Below are positions 50,780-62,411 of a stretch of 64,000 bases of DNA, in pieces. A model generated the notes under the pieces. It made no database searches, had not been told where the DNA came from, and saw only the letters and a program-made list of their open reading frames with translations. Origin of the DNA: Isurus oxyrinchus (lineage: Eukaryota); contig JANJGN010000152.1 of assembly GCA_026770705.1 (NCBI GenBank), forward strand, positions 124,001-188,000, read 5' to 3'. Both the position numbers and the translations under genes were made by a program. How positions within the stretch are numbered: position 1 is the first letter of the stretch; each line of letters begins with the position of its first letter.

Positions 50780-50954
50780 AGTTTTTGTACAGGGGTGGGA
50801 CTGATTTTCATCACTGTGAGACAGCACCGTCAGTCAGCTGCAGACCCGAACTGGTGAATGTAGTGGCGATCTAGAGCACTACAGAGAAATGACTTCTCAC
50901 AAATTCTGCTTTATGTTCATTGTTAGCAGTATCCTTAATGCTGACTCGCCGCAT
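50780..50954 (-). pseudogene. Internally deleted family-A mini-V with consensus RSS
   Basis: ATG 50954 MRRVSI fused to CDR2/FR3 (KAEFVRSHFSVVL-stop); YYC deleted. RSS CACAGTG (50812-50818), 23 bp, ACAAAAACT. Confidence 0.88.
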
Positions 50955-51111
50955 TGTCGCAGTCCACCATGTCAGAGGGCTGCTCGATATTTGAAGACAC
51001 CCTATCGAATGCCCGCCCTCAACAATCTGTTGTCGTGTCTCAGGATGATTGCACCTCAATTCCTCTGTCCCCTGTGGTGCGGTGAGACCAACAGGTTTTG
51101 AGAGCAGAGAT

Positions 51112-51428
51112 TTGGTGAGCTGGATTGAACGTGGGCGACCCGATGTGAGCTCAGAGACACGGTGAGTCGGTGTCAGTGTGAACTATTGAATGTGGGGGGC
51201 CTGGTGTGAGCTCAGAGACACGGTGAGCCGGTGTCAGTTTGAAATATTGAATGTGAGTGGACCGATGTGAGCTCAGAGATTAGGTGAGCCGGTGTCAGTG
51301 AGATATATTGAATATGGCTAGACCGATGTGAGTTCAGAGACAGGGTGAGCTGGTGTCAGTGAGAAATATTGAATGTGGGCTGTCCAGCCTGAGTTCCGAG
51401 ATAGGGTGAGCCGGTATCAGTGAGAAAC
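51112..51428 (+). repeat. 61-bp minisatellite, ~5 copies
   Basis: Unit gatgtgagctcagagacacggtgagccggtgtcagtg... recurs at 51142, 51203, 51264, 51325 and 51386. Confidence 0.92.
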
Positions 51429-51596
51429 CTCGAGCGATAAATCCCAAGACTCGGCTTCTTTTGTTAGTTTGACAGGAAGGCGCCTCTGAGTTTAACCTGA
51501 AGCTCCTTGTTGAATCTTCTGAAATAATATCCATCTCCCGCTTCTAACCCGACATCTTTGGACAATTGCTTCAACGCCATTTTATCGGATCTGATA

Positions 51597-51966
51597 ATGC
51601 TGAGAATTCACAAAGTCCTTTTGCTGTTTTTCACTCTGATCTACACAGAGGTGACCGAAGAAGATGAGGTAACGCAGCTCCCTCGGCTGATGGTTGTTAG
51701 TGAAGTGGGAATCGCAGCCATGAACTGCACCATAACCAATGTGTTCAGTGCCGTGTACTGGTACAGGCAGCTCCCGGATCAGCCACCCTAGTATCTGGTT
51801 ATGGCCACAAGAGGATCCAATCAGCACGAGAGAATCACTGAACAGTCGGTGGAGTTAACAAACTCAGCACCCCGACTGTGAGGGGCACTTGGCTCCCTGA
51901 CACTGCCACCTATCTCTGCACCATGATGCAGAGTGCAACAAAAGACGTCGAGCCCAAACAAAAACC
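51597..51966 (+). pseudogene. Intronless leader+V pseudogene, family D
   Basis: MLRIHKVLLLFFTLIYTEVTEEDEVTQLP...MNC...YWYRQLPDQPP-stop...DTATYLC. RSS CAGAGTG, 22 bp, ACAAAAACC. Confidence 0.9.
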
Positions 51967-52419
51967 TGCAACATGACGGAGTTCCTCTCCGCTGTCTTTT
52001 GGGATCGGTATTATGACTGTTACGATTATAAAAATCCGAGGGCCGGCCATTGAGCTCAATTAAAAAATGTATATGCAGGAGAAAGGTTTAACTAAAGCCT
52101 CAGTAAAGAGATGCAAATATAGACAGAGTAAAATGAGAGCTAAACAAGCCGGAGTGAGTAAGAGAGACAGGAAAAGCATTGTTAGCACACTGGACCAGGA
52201 AAAGGAGAGAAGGGCAACGTGTAAAATTGAAAGTTAAGCTACAGGAAGCAGGGGATGATGTTTTCACTGTTTTGGCTTCAGTGTCGGGACGTGAACAACG
52301 TCCAGTAACTTTGTTGAACAAATGGATTACGGAAAGATTTGCTATAAAGGCATTGTTTTGAAATTGCTGCCAGTGTTTTTTATATGTTCTTATATCATTG
52401 TCAGCCCTGGTTCAGTTGG

Positions 52420-52810
52420 TGCTGCACTCTCATCGGAATGACAATGTTCCCGGGTTCAATCTCACTCCAGGACTTAGCTAAAAATTCAAGGCTGACAGTC
52501 AGGTGCATTTCTGAGGGAGATGACATCTTTCAGGTGAAACATGAAAACGAGACGGCATCTTCCTGCTCCGGTGATTGTTAAATACCTCATGGCACAATTT
52601 CCAAGAATAGCGTTGGAATTATCCATTGTTTATCCTCCAGGTTATCTCGTCATGACTACATTTCTGTATGTGGGAGATTGCCAATTGGAAATTGGCTGTT
52701 GAAGTTCTTACATTACAACAGTGACCCCACTTTCAAAAATCCTTCACTGCTGTTAAGTGCTTTGAGGCGTCCAGTAATCATGAAACGTGCTAAATAAATG
52801 AAAACCTTTC
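52420..52810 (+). mobile_element. Deu-domain-type SINE
   Basis: gggttcaatctcactccaggac...aaggctgacag...ctgagggag; same family as 12675. Confidence 0.6.
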
Positions 52811-53254
52811 CTTATTTGTTGTTTTGATTAACGTTTATCCATGTGGTTATTAAGGTTGACAGATTGAAAACATCAGCACAAAACAGTGCACCCATCCGGG
52901 ATAGACCAGGAGCTCAAAGCACAAAATAAAATATTAGGTTTGGAATAGTCAAATTCCAATTACACAAATAGAGGGTACTCAGTGTGGGATTTGGTTTCAA
53001 TTAGAGAGCGGGAGAAAAAAGAAACACTGAAATTGTTGGATGCCACAATGGAAGGTGGGGATTTGGATGTCTCGGGAGCAGTGAACCACAACAAGAGGGA
53101 ATAGCTTTTTTTAATTGCAACAGTCATGGAAGCTGCAACCTGTGGGAATTTGGCGTCAAAGAAGCACCACGCAATTGGTAGTAGGAGCCACAAGGAGGGG
53201 ATGTGAAACTGAGAAATACTAGTGATCATTGAGCGAAGATAGTTGGCCTCTCTG

Positions 53255-53510
53255 ACAAACACTGAGTGCGGCTGGCTCAGCGTGTGCTCAGAGAATGTGA
53301 GCTGGTCTCAGTGAGAAACACAGTAAGCGCGGCCCGTGTGAGTTCAGAGAGTGTGAACTAGCCTCATTGAGAAACACTGAGTGTGGGTGGCCCGGTGTGA
53401 GCTCAGAGAGTGTGAATTGGCCTCACTGAGAAATACTGAGTGTGGGCGGCCGGGTGTGAGCTCAGAAAGTGTGAGCTGGTGTCCTGCAGAAAGACTGCGG
53501 GTGGGGTACC
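53255..53510 (+). repeat. ~59-bp minisatellite, ~4 copies, related to 51112
   Basis: aaacactgagtgtggg...gtgtgagctcagagagtgtga units. Confidence 0.85.
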
Positions 53511-53747
53511 TTGTGTGTGTTCAGAGGCAGTGTGCGAGGGAGGGGGAGGGTGTGGCAGGATAGTGGCCAGGGAGCATGTACACTCTAAGAACAGGTTCTT
53601 CAGTTTTTCTCCTCGAAAATACATCTGAGTTGGACCTGAAGCAGTTGTTTGGCTGTTTGTTAATCCTCTTGAATTAATACCCCTGTCCTGGATCTAACCC
53701 GGCCTCTGTGGAAAATTCTTTCTACCAGCATTTCACCTGGTCAAATA

Positions 53748-54115
53748 ATGTTGCAGATTTACTGAATTATCGTGCTGGTTTACACACTTCCCTGAACAGA
53801 CAAGTGAAAATGATGTGATGCAGCTCCCTGGGCGGCTGGTTCTCAGTGAAGCTGGAATCATATCCATGAGCTGCTCAGGTCCCGCTGCGTTCACCATCCT
53901 GCTCTGGGACAGCCATCGCCTGAATCAGCCTCTCCAGCATCTGGTCATGGCTACAAGTGGGACTGATCAACAAGGAAGGATCACTGCTGCAATCTGGGGA
54001 GGCACTAAATTCAGTAACATGACAATGAGAGCCGCCTGAGTGACAGACAGCGCCACCTATCTCTGCGCCGTGATGCCAAAGTGTAACAAACAGACGGAGA
54101 GTCTGTACAGAAACC
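53748..54115 (+). pseudogene. Intronless leader+V pseudogene, family D
   Basis: ATG 53748 with early TGA; QLPGRLVLSEAGIISMSC...QQGRITAAI...DSATYLCAV. RSS CAAAGTG, 23 bp, ACAGAAACC. Confidence 0.88.
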
Positions 54116-54435
54116 TACATCCAGTGTGGGAGCTGCTCTGCTGTGTTTTGGGGTATCCGGTAATAATATTGGAAAGCTATAGCGAATGAGCATAAAATAG
54201 AAAATAGTGAAGCTACAGAGTTCAAAAAGTGTCAAATAAGGAGAATTGGAAACACAGACAGGGACAACTGAAAAGCAAACATAAAAGAAAAATGAGTGAG
54301 GGTGAAGGGTAGAAAACTTTGCTAAATGAGCATAATTTTCAAAACACGATTAGGTTGGAATCCTTTTGGGAATAGGTTTTAAGCTAAGGATTTACTTCTG
54401 AAGACAAGCAATCTGAGTTGTGCCCATGACATTGT

Positions 54436-54502
54436 CTGTGTGCGTGTGTGTGTGTTTGTGCTTGTGTGTGTGCACACGCGTGTGTGTGAGTGTGTGTGTG
54501 TG
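54436..54502. repeat. (GT)n microsatellite
   Basis: Direct inspection. Confidence 0.95.
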
Positions 54503-55611
54503 CTGTGGCCAGTGAGGATAAGACAGGATCCTCACACATTCTCTAGGTCTTTGGCTGAGGTATCAGGGTCAAAGTAAAACTGCACAAGAGACTGCTTCCT
54601 GGGCCACAGCTAGTGATGATTCACGCTAACAGCGCCAATGGCCACAGGTGGCTGATTGAAACCGGACTCTTTGTCTGATGCAGGAACTGATGTGGACCCG
54701 CTGTGCTGCAAGAGGCGGAGGGGCGGCGCGAGGGGTTGGGGGGGCGGGTGGGATGTCTCACTGAAGGAGAGATTTTTTCTCTTAGCTGTGAAAGGTTTTT
54801 AATTGAAGAAAGTAACTCAGTTTTCGGCCAGGAGAATATTGGTCCTGTGAAAAAGTTTTTTTGAATCTGCATTTGGAAAACCACAACAGCACGTGTTGTT
54901 TTTGGGAAGTTGTAGATTGTACTTCTGTTTGCACTAGAAGGCAATTTCTTAACTTGGGTAAAATGTCCTGAATATTTCAGTTAAGACTCTATAAGAGCAA
55001 TTGCCAAGAAGATGGTTTCATCGTGGAGCTTTGGTGAAAATTAAATTGAAGCGAGAGCTCATTATTTCGGTCTGTCAAATTGTTTGTTCAGGAACAACAT
55101 ATATCATTGTTCTAATATGAAGAGCCCATAAATATCTCCGAAGAATTATGGAATCATAATTCAACAATTGGTTCACTGATCTGTCAGGAAAATATGAGTG
55201 GAGTTAGCAGTTAGCAGCATCATACTGGTGAAACTGCTAGAATGTAACAGGGAGAGTTAACACTAGAATAAGTCAAAGGCAGTCATAATCTCATGTTTCC
55301 AATTACAATAACCAATCAATGAATTCTGTCCCCTCCCACCACCCCGTACCCCCACCTCACCCTGACGCACATGACCCCAAAGTTTCTAACAACGAAACCA
55401 TTACGCCTAGGAGAACACTGGCTGTAGCCCAATTCGAGGTGTTTGCACTTACTGACAACCAGCTCACCACGGTCCTGACTCACGGTACCACTGAAGATAG
55501 AGGAAAGTTTGTTGAGAGCATCCTGAGACACGGCAATAGGTCATTGAGAGCGAGGATGAAAAAGGCGGCCTTCAAATATCTAACACCTCTTTTACAGAGC
55601 GGACAGTGACA

Positions 55612-56081
55612 ATGTGGCGACTCAGCATCTGGGCTGCGTCAGGCAGCTGCAGCCTTGAAATATTTCAACTGATGAATTTAGTCGAGGTTCAGGAGATCTG
55701 GAGAAAAACGGACTTTGGCAAAATCTGCGTCATCCAAATTACCAAGAGAATATTTCCACAGTAGAAACTCGGGCTGCGTGTCTGAGTATTGCTGGTAACT
55801 GTATAAATTATATCTGTTCGATGTAGTATCATATATACAGCAGCGGAGAGCGACTGACTAATATAATCCCCATGAATTATATTTGAAAAACAAAGCCCAG
55901 CAGGAAAAGAATATTGACTCACGGTTGTTTAAAATTCAATGAAATCCGTATTTGGGAAATTAGAGGTAAAATAAAACTTAGTTAGTCCACATTTACCCTT
56001 CAGTAATGATGCCTGCGGTGCATGACTACGCTCCCTTCAACACAGAGTTGTGGAAAGCAGTTCCACACCTCCACAAAAAAA
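55612..56081 (+). pseudogene. Family-A V pseudogene with internal inversion (~55632-56012)
   Basis: Promoter and leader start (MWRLSIW) and the decayed AVYYCA plus RSS are on plus; leader end, intron and FR1-FR3 read on minus. Confidence 0.8.
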
Positions 56082-56992
56082 AAAATTGCTTTGATCTGTG
56101 TGTCTGAGCTCCCACCTGTTGGCGCACCAATGAAGCTTCTCAAACAAGATGCGAGAGGAAACCAAATAAAGCGAGGATAAAGCTGTTATCAAAAGTTTCC
56201 AGGAGCGGCCAAGAGAACAAACTTCAGAATCCAATCGGAGCGACGCCATTGATCAATCTGCCAGTTAAACTCTCCTTCCTGTTTCTAATCAACTAGTTCT
56301 GTCAATAAAATCAGAGATCTATGTTTAGATAATCTCCAAGGAAGAGGCTGCTGAAACCCAACCTCCATTAAACCTGGGCGACAGCATCTTACAGAGCCTG
56401 AGAATGGGGTCACGACAATGCGATAATCTACCGATCGCAAAGTGAATCGCGGAGCTGGAGGGAAGCGAACAAAGGGAAACTGAACAGAAGGGATTAATTA
56501 GAAGTAAAAACAGAGAAACCAGAGATAATAAAACGGATAACTTTGTAAAATGTATTCACTAGAACAATGCAACTGATTGAATGCCAAGAAGATCTTGTCA
56601 ATGCCCCTGAGTGAGGGTTGCCTTGGTGGATCAGCTCAGTGCCTGTCTGTCCTCAATGGCGAACTCCGTTTTCTTCTCCTCCTTTCTCTCTCTTTTCTTT
56701 ATATCTTTTTTACTGTCTGTTTCAATAGTTTCCTAAATATTTGTCCTGTTCAAATATTATTACTGCAGTTTTCTCAGACTCTTTTTCGCTGCATGTTCTG
56801 TCTTACGTCTTCACTCTTCCTTTTCCACCGTCTATGTTTCCAGCTCTCTTTATTTCGAATTCTCTTTAAATATTTATCCTATGTTTTATTTATTTTGGCA
56901 CTCGTATCTCCTACCTTCCGATCATTTTATAACCACACCACTCGCAATGCTGATTGTCCAAAAACAGTAGAGCTGCTGTCCCACTCGGTGCA

Positions 56993-57031
56993 GGTTTCTG
57001 TACGAGCTCCCCATATGTTTGCTACACTGTG
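56993..57031 (-). other. 23-RSS of the functional family-D V
   Basis: CACAGTG (57025-57031), 23 bp, ACAGAAACC (56993-57001). Confidence 0.95.
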
Positions 57032-57364
57032 GCTCACGGCGCAGAGATAGGTGGCAGTGTCTGTAGCTTGGGTATCGCTCACAGTCAGGATACTGAGTTT
57101 GCTGCCTTCACTGATTGAAGCTGTGATCCTCCCTTGTTGACCGGTTCCTCTTGTGGCCATTACCTGATACTGGGGTGGCTGATTCGGGAGCTGTCTGTAC
57201 CAAGACACAAGGTTAAATGCTGTGGTGTGGGTGCAGTTCATGCTAACGTTTCCTGCTTCCCTAACGACCACCTGCCCAGGGAGCTGCACCACCTCATCCT
57301 TACCGGCCACCTCCATGTATGTCAGAGTGAAAGACAGCAAACAGATTCTGTAAATTCTTAGCAT
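57032..57364 (-). CDS. Apparently functional single-exon (intronless leader+V) TCR alpha-like V segment, family D
   Basis: 111 uninterrupted codons: MLRIYRICLLSFTLTYMEVAG-KDEVVQLPG...MNCTHTTAFNLVSWYRQLPNQPPQY...DTATYLCAVS, directly abutting a consensus heptamer. Confidence 0.93.
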
Positions 57365-58147
57365 TATCAAATCACATGAAATACCGGCTGTAACAATTGT
57401 CTCGGGAGGTCAGGTTAGAAGAAGGAGATGGATATTATATTCACCATAATTAACAAGAAGCTAAACACAGACTTCAGGTCCAACTCAGAGGTACTTTATT
57501 GTCGATTGAACATAAGAAGCTCAGTCTTGGGGTTTACACGCCCATACTCAGCGTGTCACATTGACACCAGCTCACCCTGTCGGTGATCTCACACCCGTCC
57601 GCCCACATTCAATTTTCTCATTGGTTCACATTGCTCTCTCATGGTATGTACCGGTAAGTGCGTGAGTTCCCGCCAAGCTATAGTATGCAAGATAATTAGA
57701 TAGACAAATTAGAACAGTTATTCCATCCTACCTACTCTAGGTCTCTTATCGGGGGAGACCCAACATCTCGCCTTCAACTGTAGCATCCAACGATTCCAGT
57801 GCATTCTCCTCGCGCATTCTGGCTGAAGCTTTAGTCCACATTGCGATAACTCTCAGTGTAACAACAGGAAGGTTTGCCCAAAAGTCTCCTTTCATATTGT
57901 GAACCCGTGTGCTTCCCCACTTGGATGCAGTGCGAGTTTTTCTTTCAAATATTAACAGCATGCCAACAGTAATAGCAACATTGACAGCTCAATATAATGA
58001 ATTACGTTAAACAATATAAAACATGCTATGAATATTGAAATATTTTTGTTTCCACATGTGTTCCTTTAATGACATTTTCTTCAATAAAGTCACCGTACAT
58101 TGTTCTCAGCCTGGAATTCGCCCCAACACTGATCACAACAGTCTCCC

Positions 58148-58163
58148 ACTGCCCTCTGGTGGC
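58148..58163 (-). promoter_or_regulatory. CTCF-consensus motif
   Basis: GCCACCAGAGGGCAGT on the minus strand; a near-identical motif lies at 18561-18576. Confidence 0.7.
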
Positions 58164-58340
58164 GGTGACTGGTGTAGCTTTCGAACAGTTGGTCGCCTTC
58201 GGCATTTAAGATTGCATTTAACAATTTTTCTACAGCACTTTTTTCTTCTTTCTATGTTTTCTCTTCGAATTTTGGAAGGAATCTGCTTTCCTTAAGTACA
58301 CCTCCGCAAGAGCTACATTTCGTTTCTTTACTTGCCGCAA

Positions 58341-61300
58341 TACCATAAGACCATATGATCATAAGACAAAGGAGCAGACATGAGGCCTTTCGGCCAATCG
58401 AGTCTGCTCCGCCATTCAATCATGGCTGATAAGTTTCTCAACCCCATTCTCCCGCCTTCTCCCAGTAACCTTTGATCCCCTTACCAATCAAGAAAATATC
58501 TATCTCAGTCTTAAATACACTCAATGACCTGACCTCCATAGCCTTCTGTGGCAATGAATTCCACAGATTCACCACTCTCTGGCTAAAGAAGATTATCCTC
58601 AACTCTGTTCCAAAAGGTCATCCCTTTACTCTGAGGCTGTGCCCTCGGGTCCTAGTCTCTCCTACTAATGGAAATATCTTCCCGACGTCCACTTGATCCA
58701 GGCATTTCAGTGTTCTGTAAGTTTCAATCAGATCCTCCCTCATCCTTCTAAACTCCATTGAGTATAGACCCAGAGTCCTCAAACGTTCTTCATTTGTTTT
58801 TATTCCTGGGATCGGTCTCGTGAACCTCCTCTGCACCCTCTCCCGGGCCAGCACATCCTGCCTGAGAATTGGGGCCCAAAATTGCTCACGATATTCTAAA
58901 TGTGGTCTGACCAGAGCCTTATAAAGCCTCAGCAGCACATCCCTGCTTTTATATTCTAGCCCTCTCGAAATAAATGCCAACATTGCATTTGCCTTCCTAA
59001 CTACCGATTCAACCTGCAAGTTAACTTTAAGAGAATCCTGGACGAGATCGCCCAAGTCCCTTTGCACTCCCGATTTCTGAATTCTCTCCCCATTTAGAAA
59101 ATGGCCCGTGGCTCTATTCTTCCTACGAAAGTTCATGACCCCACACTTCCTCACGTTGTATTCCATCTGTTACTTCTTTGCCAATTCTCCTAACCTGTCC
59201 AAACCCTTCTGCAGCCTGCCCGCCTCCTCAATACTACCTGTCCCTCCACCTAGCTTTGTGTAATCTACAAACTTAGCCAGAATGCTCTCAGTTCCTTCAT
59301 CTAGATCATTAATGTATAAAGTGAAAAGAGGTCCCAACACTGACCTCTGTAGAACTCCACTAGTCACCGGACGACATCCTGAGAAGGATCCCCTTATCAC
59401 TACTCTCTGTCTCCTGCCAGACAGTCAATCTTCTACCCATGCTAGTACCTTGCCTCTAACACCATGGGCGCTAATCTTACTGAGCAGCCTCCTGTGTGGC
59501 ACCTTGTTAAAGGCCTTCTGGAAGTCCAAGTAGATAACATCCATTGGCTCTCCTTTGTCTAATCGACTCGTTACTTCGTCAAAGATTTCTAACAGATTTG
59601 TCAGACATGACTTCCCCTTGATGAAACCATACTGACTTTGCTCTATTTTACCATGCACTTCCAAGTATTCTGAAATTCCATCCTTAATAATGGACTCTAA
59701 AATATTATCAAGGACCGAGGCCAGGCTAATCGGCCTGTAATTTCCCATCTTTTGCCTCACTCCCTTCTTAAACAGGGGGGTTACATTAGCGATTTCCCAG
59801 TGCTCTGGGACTCTCCCTGACTCGAGTGATTCCTGAAAGATCAGCACTATCGCCTCCACTATCTCTTCAGCTATCTCATTCAGAACTCTGGGGCGTAATC
59901 CATCTGATGCAGTTGATTTATCCACCTTCAGACCTTGCAGTTTTCCTAGCACCTTCTCCTTTGTAATGGCCACCATACTCACCTCTGCCCCCCGACTCTC
60001 TACAACTTTGAGGATGTTACTCATGTCTTACATCGTGAAGAATGACGCAAAGTACCTATTCAGTTCCTCCGCTATTTCTTTGTTCCCCACTATTACTTCT
60101 CCAGCGTCATTTTCCAACGGCCCAATCTCCACTTTTGCATTTCTCCTACCTCTCATAAATCTAAAAAAAAACCTCTTGCAATCTTCTTTTATATTACTGG
60201 CTAGTTTACCCTCACATTTAATCTTCTCCCTCCTTATTTCTCTTTTAGTTGTCCTCTGTTGGTCTTTGTAGGCTTCCAATCCCCTGTTTTCCCACTGCTC
60301 TTCGCCGTGTTGTGTGCTTTCTCTTTAGCTCTTATGCTGTCCCTGGCTTCCCTTGTCAGCCATAGTTGCCTCGTCCTCACTTTAGTATGCTTCTCCTTCC
60401 TAGGGATGAATTTGTGCTGTGTCTCCAAAATTACTCCCAGAAACTCCTGCCATTGCTGTTCCACTGTCTTTCCTGCTAGTCTCATCTCCCAGTCAATTCT
60501 GGCCAGCTCCTCCCTCATGCCCCTGTAGTTGCCTTTATTCAACTGTAATACTGTTACATCTGATTCCAGCTTTTTCCTCTCAAATTGCAGGATAAATTCT
60601 ATCATATTATGGTGACCTCCTCCTAAGGATTCCTTCACTTTAAGCTCCCTTATCAAATCTGCCTCATTACACATCACTAAATCTAGAATTGCCTGTTCCC
60701 TAGTGGGCTCCGCCACAAGCTGCTCCAAACAGCCATCTCATAGACAATCCACAAGTTCCTTTTCTTGGGATCCACTACCATCCTGATTTTTCCAGTCTAC
60801 TTGCATATTGAAATCCCCCATGGTCACTGTAACCTTGCCTTTCTTACACGCCTTTTCTATCTCCTGGTGTACCATGTGCCCCACATCCTGACTACTGTTC
60901 GGAGGCCTGTACATAACTCCCATTATGGTTTTTTTACCATTCCGATTCCTCAATTCTACCCACACATATTCTACATCATCTGACCCTAAGTTGTTTCTTG
61001 TTATCGATTTAATTTCATTTCTTACTAACAAAACAACCCCACCACCTCTGCTAACCTGCCTATCTTTTCGATAGGATGTATATCCTTGGATATGTAGCTC
61101 CCAGTCCTGATTACCTTGCAGCCAAGTCTCCGTGATGCCCACCACATCATACCTGCCAATTTCAATCTGTGCCACAAGCTCATTTACCTCAGTTTGTATG
61201 GTGCGTGCATTCAGATACAACACCTTCAGTCGGGTATTTCCCGTCCCCTTTCTCATTGTCGTCCCTTTATCTGATGTGCTTGAAGTTAGATTCCTAGCCC

Positions 61301-62118
61301 TTTCCAAACACTCTCCTATTTTGTGATCGACAGAATTTAATAACCTCTCCTTGCCTCTCCTTTCTTTTCAGTGTTCTCATAATTTTCCATGAAGTTGAAT
61401 CCATCCCCACATGCTAACCTGCTGCTTTCTTTTCCCATTAATCATACTTCTTGGCGTTTGAGCCTTCCCTTCCCCTCCACTTTCTAGTTTAAACCCCTGT
61501 TGACTACCCAATTTACCCTTCTCGCTGGAACATTGGTCCCAGTTCGGTTCAGGTGGAGACCATCCCAACAGTACAGATCCCTCCTGTTCCAATACTGATG
61601 CCAGTGCCCCACGAAATAGAATTCCTCTTTCCCGCACCATTCCTTTAGCCATGTGTTTACTTCCCTTATTCTCGCATCCTTATGCCAATTTGCACGTTGC
61701 TCGTGTAGTTATCTGGAGATCATAACCCTTGAGGACCTGTTCTTTAATTTAGTTCCTAATTCCTGATAATCCTCAAACAGGTCCTCTTTCTTAGTCTTAC
61801 CTATGTTATTTGTCCCGACGTGGACCACAACAAATGGATCCTTCCCCTCCCCCTCCAATATCCTTTCAAGCTGATGTCCCTCACCCTGGCACCGGGCCGG
61901 CAACATACCATGCAAGACTCTCGATCCTGTTTACAAAAGATGGTATCAATTCCCCTAAGTATAGAATCCCTTACAAGTACCACTTGTCTTGTTGCTCCCC
62001 CCTCTTGAATTGACTCCTGTGCCGCAGTGCCGTGGTCAGCTGGCTCATCCTCCCTACAACCCTGTTCCTCATCCACATAGGGAGCAATTACCTCGTACCT
62101 GTTGGGAAAGGTCAAGAG
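58341..62118 (-). mobile_element. Near-full-length decayed CR1 LINE (ORF1 esterase-like, ORF2 APE endonuclease plus RT)
   Basis: ORF1 pieces VVLVRDSILRG...PGARVRDI...VVHVGTNNI; endonuclease LYLNART...VGITETWL...MGDFN; RT NYRPISL...YLDFQKAF; multiple stops and frameshifts; cataagac terminal repeats. Confidence 0.95.
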
Positions 62119-62334
62119 CTAAAGCACATAACAGAATGGTTATCAACAAATCATTACAGTATTGAACAATCTACAATTAAAATACATGAACTATTTGTGT
62201 TTTAACACATTCAGTGAAGGCGGGATGGGCTGAACGTTATCATTGAGAGAAATGAAGTATAATTGTTAAAAAAATACTTTCCCTAAAGAGAGTAATTAGA
62301 AAATAAGAGATTTAAAATAAAAAAGGGAATGTCT

Positions 62335-62375
62335 CAGAGAGAGAGAGAGAGAAAGGGCAAGATGGATAGAGCATT

Positions 62376-62411
<36 letters not shown>
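62335..62411. repeat. (GA)n microsatellite
   Basis: Direct inspection. Confidence 0.9.

Noticed and set aside
51112-51428. CRISPR-like array
   Set aside because: Vertebrate DNA; whole units repeat with no unique spacers, so it is a minisatellite.
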